From assembly GCA_033763455.1 (NCBI GenBank), contig JANRKO010000047.1:96001-160000 (forward strand): DNA of 64,000 bases, written 5' to 3'. The DNA is from Polyangiaceae bacterium. Its GTDB lineage: Bacteria; Myxococcota_A; Polyangia; Polyangiales; Polyangiaceae. Below the pieces are notes generated by a model. The model made no database searches. It saw only the letters and a program-made list of their open reading frames with translations, and was not told where the DNA came from. Both the position numbers and the translations under genes were made by a program. The stretch's first letter is position 1, and every line of letters starts with the position of its first letter. Below, piece after piece: positions 18,435 through 26,760 of this stretch.

Positions 18435-19787
18435 GTGTCCCTCTCTGATCGAGAAGCCCCACCCCGCCCTCCCGCGCCCACCCCTGTTCGGTTTAGCAGG
18501 CTGAGCGAGGTAGCTCGCGGAGGCATGGGGCGCATCGATGCCGCTCATGATCCTGTGCTGGGGCGCAGAGTGGCAATCAAGAGCCTTCACCCCGAGCTTC
18601 TGCAAGATCCGTTGGCAGCCATCCGCTTCTCCGAGGAGGCCCAAATTACGGGGCAATTAGAACATCCCAATGTCGCCCCTATTTATGACCTCGGCGAGGA
18701 CGAAAACGGCCCTTTTATTGTGATGAAGCTCTTGGCCGGGCGAAGCCTCGGCCAATTATTGTTCGACGCGGCGGGGCATCCGCGAAGGGATGCAGAAGGT
18801 GTGGATCAGCTGCACCGATTCGTGCAAATGGTGGTCCGCTTATGCGATGCTCTATCGTTTGCGCATAGCCGCGGAGTCATCCACTGTGACGTAAAGCCCG
18901 ATAACATCATGATCGGCGAGCACGGTCAGGTGTATTTGATGGACTGGGGCGTAGCCCTGCTTCTGAGCGATCGCACGGCAGCCGAACACTCTACCAGCGA
19001 AGCCCCTCTAGAAGCCACCGCACCGAGTGAAGCCGCTAACTGGGCAACGCGGGACTCCTTTGTGCGCGTCACCGGCAGCCCGGAAGACACGGGGGCCTTC
19101 CGGGGTACTCCCGCGTATATGTCGCCCGAACAGATCCTCGGGAAAACGGAGCTGATCGACGCTCGCACCGACGTATTTGGCCTGGGCGGTGTGTTATTCG
19201 AAATCCTCACCGGCCATCCGCCAAATGATCCAGCGCGGCTGCGCGGCCCCGCTTTCAACCGCGAACACACCCTCCCGCTGAAGAGCACGGTATGGGAACA
19301 ACTGCCACCCGAGCTCTGTCGCATCGCTATAAAGTGCCTTTCACCCCTGCAGGAGAATCGCTATCCCTCAGTGGAGGCATTGAAGGCGGATCTAGAGCAA
19401 TTCCTAAAAGGTGGCGGCTGGTTCGAAACGGCCATCTTTAAGCCGGGCGAAAGCATCGTGGCAGAGGGGGCGCCAGGAGACACCGCCTACATCATTCAGA
19501 GCGGCAATTGCGACGTCTTCAAGGATATTCAAGGCCAGCGCGTGTTCATCCGCCAGCTGGGGCCGGGCGCCGTTTTTGGCGAAGCGGCAGTGTTCACAGG
19601 GGGGTCTCGAACAGCTTCCGTGGTCGCCGTGGATACCGTAACCGTTAAGGTAATAACGGGTGCGGCGCTCAATCGAGAGCTCGATCAAAACCCGTGGTTG
19701 GCCGCCTTCGTTCGCTCACTAGCGGGGCTGTTCCGCGAGGCGGATGCTGCCATCTCGCAACGCACACCAGCTAAGGCCGAACCGTAA
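18435..19787 (+). CDS. Ser/Thr protein kinase with a C-terminal cyclic-nucleotide-binding domain
   Basis: GGMG, VAIK, HCDVKPDN, DWG, GTPAYMSPEQ; cNMP motif EG..GD..YII.SG...FGE......RTASV; AGGAG RBS. Confidence 0.92.
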   Translation: MSLSDREAPPRPPAPTPVRFSRLSEVARGGMGRIDAAHDPVLGRRVAIKSLHPELLQDPLAAIRFSEEAQITGQLEHPNVAPIYDLGEDENGPFIVMKLLAGRSLGQLLFDAAGHPRRDAEGVDQLHRFVQMVVRLCDALSFAHSRGVIHCDVKPDNIMIGEHGQVYLMDWGVALLLSDRTAAEHSTSEAPLEATAPSEAANWATRDSFVRVTGSPEDTGAFRGTPAYMSPEQILGKTELIDARTDVFGLGGVLFEILTGHPPNDPARLRGPAFNREHTLPLKSTVWEQLPPELCRIAIKCLSPLQENRYPSVEALKADLEQFLKGGGWFETAIFKPGESIVAEGAPGDTAYIIQSGNCDVFKDIQGQRVFIRQLGPGAVFGEAAVFTGGSRTASVVAVDTVTVKVITGAALNRELDQNPWLAAFVRSLAGLFREADAAISQRTPAKAEP

Positions 19788-20607
19788 GCACACTCACAGC
19801 ACCGCCGAGCACCCGCACGGGAACCTGGCGCACCAGTGTACCCGAGAGCTCCAGGGTAACGTCTCGAAATACGCCATTGGCCGCCGGAATATTCCCCACA
19901 AACGCCCGCCCCAGTGCCGTTGTTTCGGAAATATTACTCGCCCAGCTGACCCCGATTGCGTAGGCAACAAGGGTATCTGTGGGGGCAGCGACGGCCACAC
20001 CAAGCAACGGCAAGTTATTTGCATCCACAACATTCAAGACCACATGAGCTGCCGTGTCGCTCCGCAGAATGCGGCTTGGAGCTTGAGCAAATACAGAGTC
20101 AACCGCCGACGAACGAGCCAACACGATGTCAGTTGTCTTCAATGCCTGAGTGTTGAACGAGAACAAAGTGGTGAGCGCATCTTGGCCACCATCAGGCTTG
20201 GCGCTGAACCAATTGGCTGTGGCTTCTTTGACCTCAAAGCGAAAGACACCGTTGCCGAGGTAAAGCGTATTTACCCGAGTGCCCATGGCTCCATCTGCCG
20301 AAATAGTCACCTGCCCGCCAAAGCCCGATTTGCTCGTGAACTGCTCATCGCGATACAGCTCCACCTTGCCGGAGACCGCGACCGCCTTACCCGACGTGCC
20401 CGGCTGCCCTCCAGTTCCCGATACGCCACCGCCACCCGCAGTGGGTACCGTGGGCACGCCACTCGTAACGCGCACTGGGCCGACACAAGTTGCCCCGGCG
20501 CTCCCACAGGGATCGGCGTACGGAGGCTTCGCATCTGGCTTCGTGCTGCAGCCAGCCCCGGGAACTGTAGCGAGCAGTGCTAGGGCCGAGAGGAGGCGGA
20601 TGTTCAT
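19771..20607 (-). CDS. Hypothetical beta-rich lipoprotein
   Basis: Signal MNIRLLSALALLATVPGAGC; Gly linker; carboxypeptidase-regulatory-like strands (PLLGVAV). Confidence 0.7.
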   Translation of the reverse strand: MNIRLLSALALLATVPGAGCSTKPDAKPPYADPCGSAGATCVGPVRVTSGVPTVPTAGGGGVSGTGGQPGTSGKAVAVSGKVELYRDEQFTSKSGFGGQVTISADGAMGTRVNTLYLGNGVFRFEVKEATANWFSAKPDGGQDALTTLFSFNTQALKTTDIVLARSSAVDSVFAQAPSRILRSDTAAHVVLNVVDANNLPLLGVAVAAPTDTLVAYAIGVSWASNISETTALGRAFVGNIPAANGVFRDVTLELSGTLVRQVPVRVLGGAVSVLTVRP

Positions 20608-20665
20608 CTGCTCAGCATACGTCCGTCGAGAGCCGCGACCAAGCGGAACTGGGGTGAGCGGAGCG

Positions 20666-21730
20666 CTACTCGGCAGCGCCTGCCGTACAGCCGCATACCG
20701 ATGGAGAGGCATCCCATTGAGTGCCCCGCTTGCAGCTCCCGACAACCTCACACGCGCACACCCCGCCGCAATCTGCACCGCCGTTTGCAGGGTCACAGTT
20801 GTCGCTTGGGTCGTCAACGCAGTTACCTGCGCCCGGGCACGCGAAGGCGGCAATACCGCCGCAGAATACCTTCGCCGGAGCAGAGCTTTGGAGGCAGGCT
20901 TTAAGCTCAGCGCTTGGTGTAAACCCACATTCTCCCGAGGCTTGGCGCTCGCACGCCGCCTTTTGAAAGCAAGCGAATTCTGGGCGATACTCGCATGTGG
21001 AAGCCACATCTTGATTGGAACAGATTTCACCCGAGCAACCCGTGCGGCGGCAATCTGTAGTTGAAGCCTGACACTCGCCTTCGTGCTTCACTTCAACGGA
21101 CGCACATTTCGCTTCACAAGCATTACCGTACGTTTGCCCGTTTGCTCCGCACACCGGGAAGTACTCCTTGGTGCACGCGCAGGCCGGAACACACCGCGCA
21201 ACGGGCAGACAAGGGGCAGCGACGCAAACAACCTGCTCCGCCACGCACTGCTCGCCCTCCGGGCAGCTGGTGCTTGCGCATGGATCCTGCTCATTTGGCA
21301 CGCACATCGGGGCATCAGCCGGGGCGCTGCAATGCTCATCGCTCGGACATGCAAAACCCTGACATGGGTCAACCAGAGCTACGCATTGCGCGCCATTCAC
21401 ACCTTCAACACACTTACTACCCTGTTCGCATTGAAGGCTTGCGCAAGACGGCGGGGGCGTGGTGCTGGGGGCGGTAGGGGTTGGAACGCCAGAAGCGGTA
21501 GTGCTTGGGGGGGGAGCAATAGGGCCACCTGCAGGCGTTGTGCTACTCCCCGGCGGGGGATTGCCAGGCTGCGTGGGGGAGGTGCTTTGCGTGACAGTGG
21601 GGGACGGCGACGCACCATCCAACGACACTTGCCCATTCGAAGCATCGAACAAACCGTCTGTTTGCTTGCCTCCGCAAGCCGTGAACAACAGAAGCAACAA
21701 TCCCGTTAAGCAGATATTCTGTTTCGCCAT
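20666..21730 (-). CDS. Cys-rich lipoprotein with a Kazal domain
   Basis: Lipobox FTAC; Pro/Thr linker; Kazal CACTKEYFPVCGANGQTYGNACEAKC...HEGEC; further Cys modules. Confidence 0.88.
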   Translation of the reverse strand: MAKQNICLTGLLLLLFTACGGKQTDGLFDASNGQVSLDGASPSPTVTQSTSPTQPGNPPPGSSTTPAGGPIAPPPSTTASGVPTPTAPSTTPPPSCASLQCEQGSKCVEGVNGAQCVALVDPCQGFACPSDEHCSAPADAPMCVPNEQDPCASTSCPEGEQCVAEQVVCVAAPCLPVARCVPACACTKEYFPVCGANGQTYGNACEAKCASVEVKHEGECQASTTDCRRTGCSGEICSNQDVASTCEYRPEFACFQKAACERQASGECGFTPSAELKACLQSSAPAKVFCGGIAAFACPGAGNCVDDPSDNCDPANGGADCGGVCACEVVGSCKRGTQWDASPSVCGCTAGAAE

Positions 21731-22222
21731 GACTCGCTCTCCGACAGCGCTCGACTTGCATAGCACAACTTATGGTGAACGTCACAGCGCCATTTGAGCG
21801 AGTTACTCGCGAAAGCAGAATGCAGGATACCCATTCAAAGTATACTTACGAGTATACGTGGTGCTTGGACGCCCGCGACGCGGGAATGTATGTTTGACCG
21901 CGACACGTTCACTTACCATGACAGGAACTGGTCAATGTGCGTACCAGCCCATTCTGCTGGATTTTTCCGCTGATCGCCCATGCACGCTTTGCGCCGTCCA
22001 ATTGTTAGTTGGAGCAGTCGGCGGCTTCGCGGCTGTCGGCATTCAAACATCACCAAAATCCGAGTGCGTTTAGCTGGGGTTGCGGTGTTTGGTTTGAGCA
22101 CGTTCCGAGGCTTCTTCGGCGCGATAACAGTGGGGCGCGTAATGATCTCAAAAAGGAGGTCGGCGTAGCGGGTAACAGCATCGATGCAGCGCAGCTGCGG
22201 GAGCGTGTGCATTCACCCTAGC

Positions 22223-22252
22223 GAGAGGTACTTGTCATGCTAAGTACCTCTC
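22223..22252. repeat. 30 bp near-perfect palindrome (element copy)
   Basis: GAGAGGTACTTGTCATGCTAAGTACCTCTC; its reverse complement matches the 3.5 kb copies over GAGA(A/G)GTACTTAGCATGACAAG. Confidence 0.9.
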
Positions 22253-22432
22253 AGCGACGAGAAGAGCCTCTGCGGAGCCTCGAAAACCGACCTCCGGTTC
22301 GAGCGCTTGCCGCCAGCAGCGCTCGACGCACCAAGCGGTTTGAAGCACGTCCATGGGATAAAGCTCGACGCCATCACGCATAAAACTCGACGCCATTGAA
22401 CAATTTGCAGCAAACAACGAATTCGTTAGCAA

Positions 22433-23368
22433 TTACAAAATTTTAGACGGCGAAGCACCACTCGCACGCAACCGCCTGTGCACCAAGATTGCCGCAGCCG
22501 CCAGCCCCACCCCAATGAGCTGTGAGGTACTCAGCCCCAACAACCCCCCACGCTCGTCGTCGCGCCAGAACTCAAGCACAAACCGCAGCGCGGCGTAGAG
22601 CAAAACGAACATAACAAACACATGGCCGTCGTAACGTTTGCGTCCGTGAAAATACAATATCAGAAACGCCGCGATAGCGAAGCTGCCAAAAGATTCATAG
22701 ATCTGCGTCGGGTGCACAGGGAGCGAAACATCCAGAGGCGACCCGATGCTCCCCGCCTTGAACTGCGCTTCACTTGCTGGGCTGTTCGATGGGAAGCTGA
22801 GGCCAATCGGCATAGGTGTGGGGCTACCAAAACAGCAACCTGCCAAGAGGCACCCCATGCGGCCGAAGCCGAGCCCCACCGGGACGACCAAACCCGCCAT
22901 GTCTGCCGCGCGCCAGAAGGGAAACTTATCCACGCGCAGCAAACGCACGGCTACGAGCGCTGCCCCTATGAACCCGCCGTAATAGGTGAGGCCTCCAGCC
23001 CAAAATTCGGCCCAACGAAAGCAATCTCGCTCAACAGGGTGGCACACCTTGCGCGCCGCATCCCAGACGCCGCCGTAATCTGCGCTCGTGCATTGCCCCT
23101 GCGTGACCAACCAGTCCACCTTGCTAGGATCGGTGCAGAGGTGCACATAATCCATGAAATGGCCATCCGCGATAACGTGCAAGATACGCGCGCCCAACAC
23201 ACCCGCGATGAGCATGGCAACCCCGAGATCCACGATCACGTCTGGGTTGTGGCCCAGGCGACGTGCCCAGAGGGCCCCCATCGATGTTGCGAATACGAAG
23301 CCAACTAGCAGCAGAACAAAATAGCTAGGGAAGCCGGTATCAAACAGGGTGAACAGGCGACCTTGCAT
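22433..23368 (-). CDS. lgt: Prolipoprotein diacylglyceryl transferase
   Basis: GARILHV, W.GGLTYYGG, GRMGCLLAGCCFG, VHPTQIYES, RFVLEFWRDD, STSQLI. Confidence 0.93.
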   Translation of the reverse strand: MQGRLFTLFDTGFPSYFVLLLVGFVFATSMGALWARRLGHNPDVIVDLGVAMLIAGVLGARILHVIADGHFMDYVHLCTDPSKVDWLVTQGQCTSADYGGVWDAARKVCHPVERDCFRWAEFWAGGLTYYGGFIGAALVAVRLLRVDKFPFWRAADMAGLVVPVGLGFGRMGCLLAGCCFGSPTPMPIGLSFPSNSPASEAQFKAGSIGSPLDVSLPVHPTQIYESFGSFAIAAFLILYFHGRKRYDGHVFVMFVLLYAALRFVLEFWRDDERGGLLGLSTSQLIGVGLAAAAILVHRRLRASGASPSKIL

Positions 23369-23392
23369 GACGCTCAGGAGTTGCGTGGGGCT

Positions 23393-24151
23393 CTAAGGCG
23401 CGGCCGTATCCGAACCTTGGGGGATGGCTGGGTCGAGCGTTGAACCCGCGTGGGGTTCGGCCTCGTGGTGGCGGTGAGAGGTGAACATGTCTACCGCCAT
23501 AAGGCCAACGCCGATGCAAATCGAAATATCAGCCACGTTGAAGGTGGGCCAATGATCAGTGATGCCCCAACCTGAGTGCAGCTTGGCGATGATTCGATTC
23601 ATGCTTTCGACCCAAGCGGCGCGGTAATCGATGAAATCAACGACGCTGCTGCGAGTAATGCGATCCGAAAGATTCCCGAGCGCACCACCCAGTACCAAAG
23701 GCAAGCCCCACTTGAGCGCCCACTGGCGCGGATTCAGACGCCCATACAAAGATACAATGAACGCAATTGCCAACAGGCTAACCATTAAGAAAAATGGCCG
23801 ACGGATAGACTCGCTGGCATCCTGCAAAAGGCCCCACGCACCGCCTCTGTTGTACGCTAGCGTGAATGCTAGGTGGTCTTCCACCAAGGTGTACGGTGGG
23901 TCGAATGGGGTCCGACGCGTGAGCGTAATCTCTGCCCATGCTTTGGACGCGACATCCAACGCTAACGATATCGCGGAAACGACACCGAAAAACACGAACG
24001 TGGGGCGACCATGCCACGCGGGCGTGGTGCCTTGGACCACCTCGGGCACGCGCGCCACCGGTGGCTGCGCCTCGGAATTGGAAGCGGCGCCTCCGGGCTC
24101 CGTGTGGGCGCCAGAGTGGGGGTGTTCGTTTGCGTTGGTTTCTTCAGACAT
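23393..24151 (-). CDS. lspA: Lipoprotein signal peptidase (SPase II)
   Basis: LDVASK, YNRGGAWG, GGALGNLSDR, VVDFI, WPTFNVAD; GGAGG RBS before MSEET. Confidence 0.95.
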   Translation of the reverse strand: MSEETNANEHPHSGAHTEPGGAASNSEAQPPVARVPEVVQGTTPAWHGRPTFVFFGVVSAISLALDVASKAWAEITLTRRTPFDPPYTLVEDHLAFTLAYNRGGAWGLLQDASESIRRPFFLMVSLLAIAFIVSLYGRLNPRQWALKWGLPLVLGGALGNLSDRITRSSVVDFIDYRAAWVESMNRIIAKLHSGWGITDHWPTFNVADISICIGVGLMAVDMFTSHRHHEAEPHAGSTLDPAIPQGSDTAAP

Positions 24152-24234
24152 CGAGCCTCCGCTTCCCTTACGACAAACGCCTAAGCTTTTCCTACCCCGT
24201 TTACAAACCACCGCACATCTGTTTAGTCTTCTAT

Positions 24235-26742
24235 ATGGTCAGAGCGCCCTGGGCCAAGTCGGTTGGTATCGATAACGTGCTCGAGGAATGGGGCCGATCT
24301 GGGAGCATTCAGGAGTGTTTTGCCACCCAGCGGAGCATCGGCGCCCAGGCAGCTCGCATGAGCCCTGCGCCTTCAGGGTTGGCCCCTGAGCTCGTCCAGG
24401 CGCTGGCGGCGCGAGGCATTCATGATCTTTACAGCCATCAGGCCCAAGCGGTGTCTGCGGCGCTTGCAGGTCGCCATGTGGTGGTCGCCACGCCCACAGC
24501 GAGCGGCAAGAGCTACTGCTTTCATTTGCCCGTGCTCGATGCCTTGGTACGGAACCCTAGCGCCACCGCCCTTTACCTCTACCCCACCAAGGCGCTCTCC
24601 CGCGATCAGGAGCATAACCTCAGGGCTTTTATGGGCGACGCTGGCATGCAAACACCCGCCACTGTGTTCGACGGGGACACACCAGGCGATGCACGGCGGG
24701 TCGCTCGCGAGCAAGCACGGGTTATCCTCACCAATCCAGATATGCTGCATTCGGGGATCCTGCCGAATCACGCGCGTTGGGCGAGCCTATTTCGAGGCTT
24801 GCGGTATGTGGTTTTAGACGAGCTACACACCTATCGCGGTATTTTTGGTTCCCACATGGCGCACGTGGTGGCGCGCCTGCGGCGTATCGCGAATTTTCAC
24901 GGTAGTGATCCGAAATTTATCGCTGCCACCGCCACCATTGGAAATCCTAAAGAGCATGCAGCGCGGCTGTTGGGTGTTGAGCCCGAAAGCATTGAGCTTG
25001 TGGATGAGTCGGGAGCGCCACGCACCGCACGTGAATTTTTTCTCTACAATCCGCCGATCGTGAATGAAGAGCTGGGGATTCGTGGCAGCTCTTTACACCA
25101 TTCGGTAAATTTGGCGGCGGATCTCGTGCGGGCGCGGGTGCCCACCATCGTGTTCGGCCCTTCCCGCAATTCCGTAGAAATCATGCTGAAATACTTGCGC
25201 GATCAATGCCGGGATGTTCCGGCAGAAGCCATCATGGCCTACCGGGGCGGCTATCTGCCACAAGCGCGAAGGGAAATAGAGCGGGGGCTGCGCGAGGGGG
25301 AGATTTTGTGTGTGGTGGCCACCAACGCGCTGGAGCTCGGCATTGATATTGGAGATCTGCAGGCGGTGGTGTGTGCCGGCTATCCGGGCTCCGTTGCCGG
25401 GCTGTGGCAGCGTTTTGGGCGAGCCGGGCGTCGAGGTGAAAAGAGCATCGCTGTGTTGGTGTGCGGCAGCTCCGGCCTGGATCAGTATCTAGCTCAAGAT
25501 CCTGAATACTTGTTGAAAGCCTCCGCCGAGGAAGCTCGTATTGATCCGGCAAACGTTGAGATTGTGATCTCGCACCTCAAGTGCGCCACGTTTGAAGCTC
25601 CTTTTGAGTTAACGGCTCAGGGCAATAGGCCCGCTTCCCCCGTTGCACCGAGCGGAGAGCACTACCTTTCTTTAACCACCGAAGGCACACGAGATGCGCT
25701 CGAATATTTGGCGAGCCACGGCCTGGTGCATGCCACAAAGGATCGTTATTTTTGGGCCGGAGAGGCGTTTCCAGCCAGCCACGTTTCGTTGAGAAATATT
25801 GGCTGGGATAACTTCGTGATCATCGATACCGCCACCGATAAAACCCTGGCAGAGCTCGATTTTCGCGCCGCGCACACCATGCTGCATGAGCAGGCCATCT
25901 ACCAGCACGATGCCGAACAATACCAAGTGGAGCGCCTCGACTTCGAGAATCACAAGGCCTACGTCACCAAAGTAAAGCCCGATTATTTCACCACTGCCCT
26001 CACCTATCGCACCGTGCAGGTGATCGAGGAAAGCAGCACCTCACGCTTAGGGAAAGCAAGGATCGGCCTCGGGGACGTGAAGGTGGAAGAAAAGGTTACC
26101 GGCTACAAAAAAGTGAAGTTTTTCACCCACGAGAACGCAGGCTACGGGGAGGTATTTCTTCCAGAAATGCAGATGCACACCACCTCCTTCTGGCTCACGG
26201 TACCAGAGGCGCTCGTGGCCGGCTTGGGGCATGAGCGGCCCGACGTGATCGACGGGCTCCGCGGCTTAGGAACGGCCTTGGAAACGATCGCCACCTTGGC
26301 CCTCATGTGTGATCCGCGAGACATTGGGCAAACTTTGGGGGACGGCGGGGACGAAGCCCTGGCACTACGTGCCGAACATGCCCCTTTGCCACAATCAGCC
26401 GAGGTGAGGGCTCCCGAGCAAGCTTTGAGTTACAGCACGGCGCCAGGAAGAAATCCGCACACTGGCCAAACCGGTCAGCACGATCCGACCATTTTCTTAT
26501 TCGACGCCCACCCGGGCGGTGTCGGTTTAGCGCCACGGATTTATGAACGCGCAGTGGAATTGTTGGGTCGAGCCAAACTGTTGATTGAAGGCTGTGGGTG
26601 CCAAGTTGGGTGTCCAGGCTGCGTCGGTCCGAGTGATATGCGGCGCACTAGGCGCAGCATGGCGCTCCGGCTAGCTTCAGCCTTACTCGATCCGGTGGTC
26701 GTCCCCCGCCCCGACGTTGCGGCTCTGCACATGTCGCCGTAG
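24235..26742 (+). CDS. MrfA/YprA/Hrq1-type SF2 helicase with a DUF1998 four-Cys C-terminus
   Basis: LYSHQ, TPTASGKS, YPTKALSRDQ, TNPDMLH, DELH, TNALELGIDIG, QRFGRAGRR, MCD...CGCQVGCPGC. Confidence 0.93.
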   Translation: MVRAPWAKSVGIDNVLEEWGRSGSIQECFATQRSIGAQAARMSPAPSGLAPELVQALAARGIHDLYSHQAQAVSAALAGRHVVVATPTASGKSYCFHLPVLDALVRNPSATALYLYPTKALSRDQEHNLRAFMGDAGMQTPATVFDGDTPGDARRVAREQARVILTNPDMLHSGILPNHARWASLFRGLRYVVLDELHTYRGIFGSHMAHVVARLRRIANFHGSDPKFIAATATIGNPKEHAARLLGVEPESIELVDESGAPRTAREFFLYNPPIVNEELGIRGSSLHHSVNLAADLVRARVPTIVFGPSRNSVEIMLKYLRDQCRDVPAEAIMAYRGGYLPQARREIERGLREGEILCVVATNALELGIDIGDLQAVVCAGYPGSVAGLWQRFGRAGRRGEKSIAVLVCGSSGLDQYLAQDPEYLLKASAEEARIDPANVEIVISHLKCATFEAPFELTAQGNRPASPVAPSGEHYLSLTTEGTRDALEYLASHGLVHATKDRYFWAGEAFPASHVSLRNIGWDNFVIIDTATDKTLAELDFRAAHTMLHEQAIYQHDAEQYQVERLDFENHKAYVTKVKPDYFTTALTYRTVQVIEESSTSRLGKARIGLGDVKVEEKVTGYKKVKFFTHENAGYGEVFLPEMQMHTTSFWLTVPEALVAGLGHERPDVIDGLRGLGTALETIATLALMCDPRDIGQTLGDGGDEALALRAEHAPLPQSAEVRAPEQALSYSTAPGRNPHTGQTGQHDPTIFLFDAHPGGVGLAPRIYERAVELLGRAKLLIEGCGCQVGCPGCVGPSDMRRTRRSMALRLASALLDPVVVPRPDVAALHMSP

Positions 26743-26760
26743 CCTAGGCGCCAGGCTGAC

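Noticed and set aside
21913..22432. Small ORFs of 99 aa and 65 aa on the minus strand
   Set aside because: No recognisable motif and no clear RBS, and one ends inside the palindrome; treated as intergenic
24235..26742. DISARM DrmAB or Druantia defence helicase
   Set aside because: This is a single fused helicase-DUF1998 gene with no methylase or other defence genes nearby; an MrfB-like partner points to DNA repair
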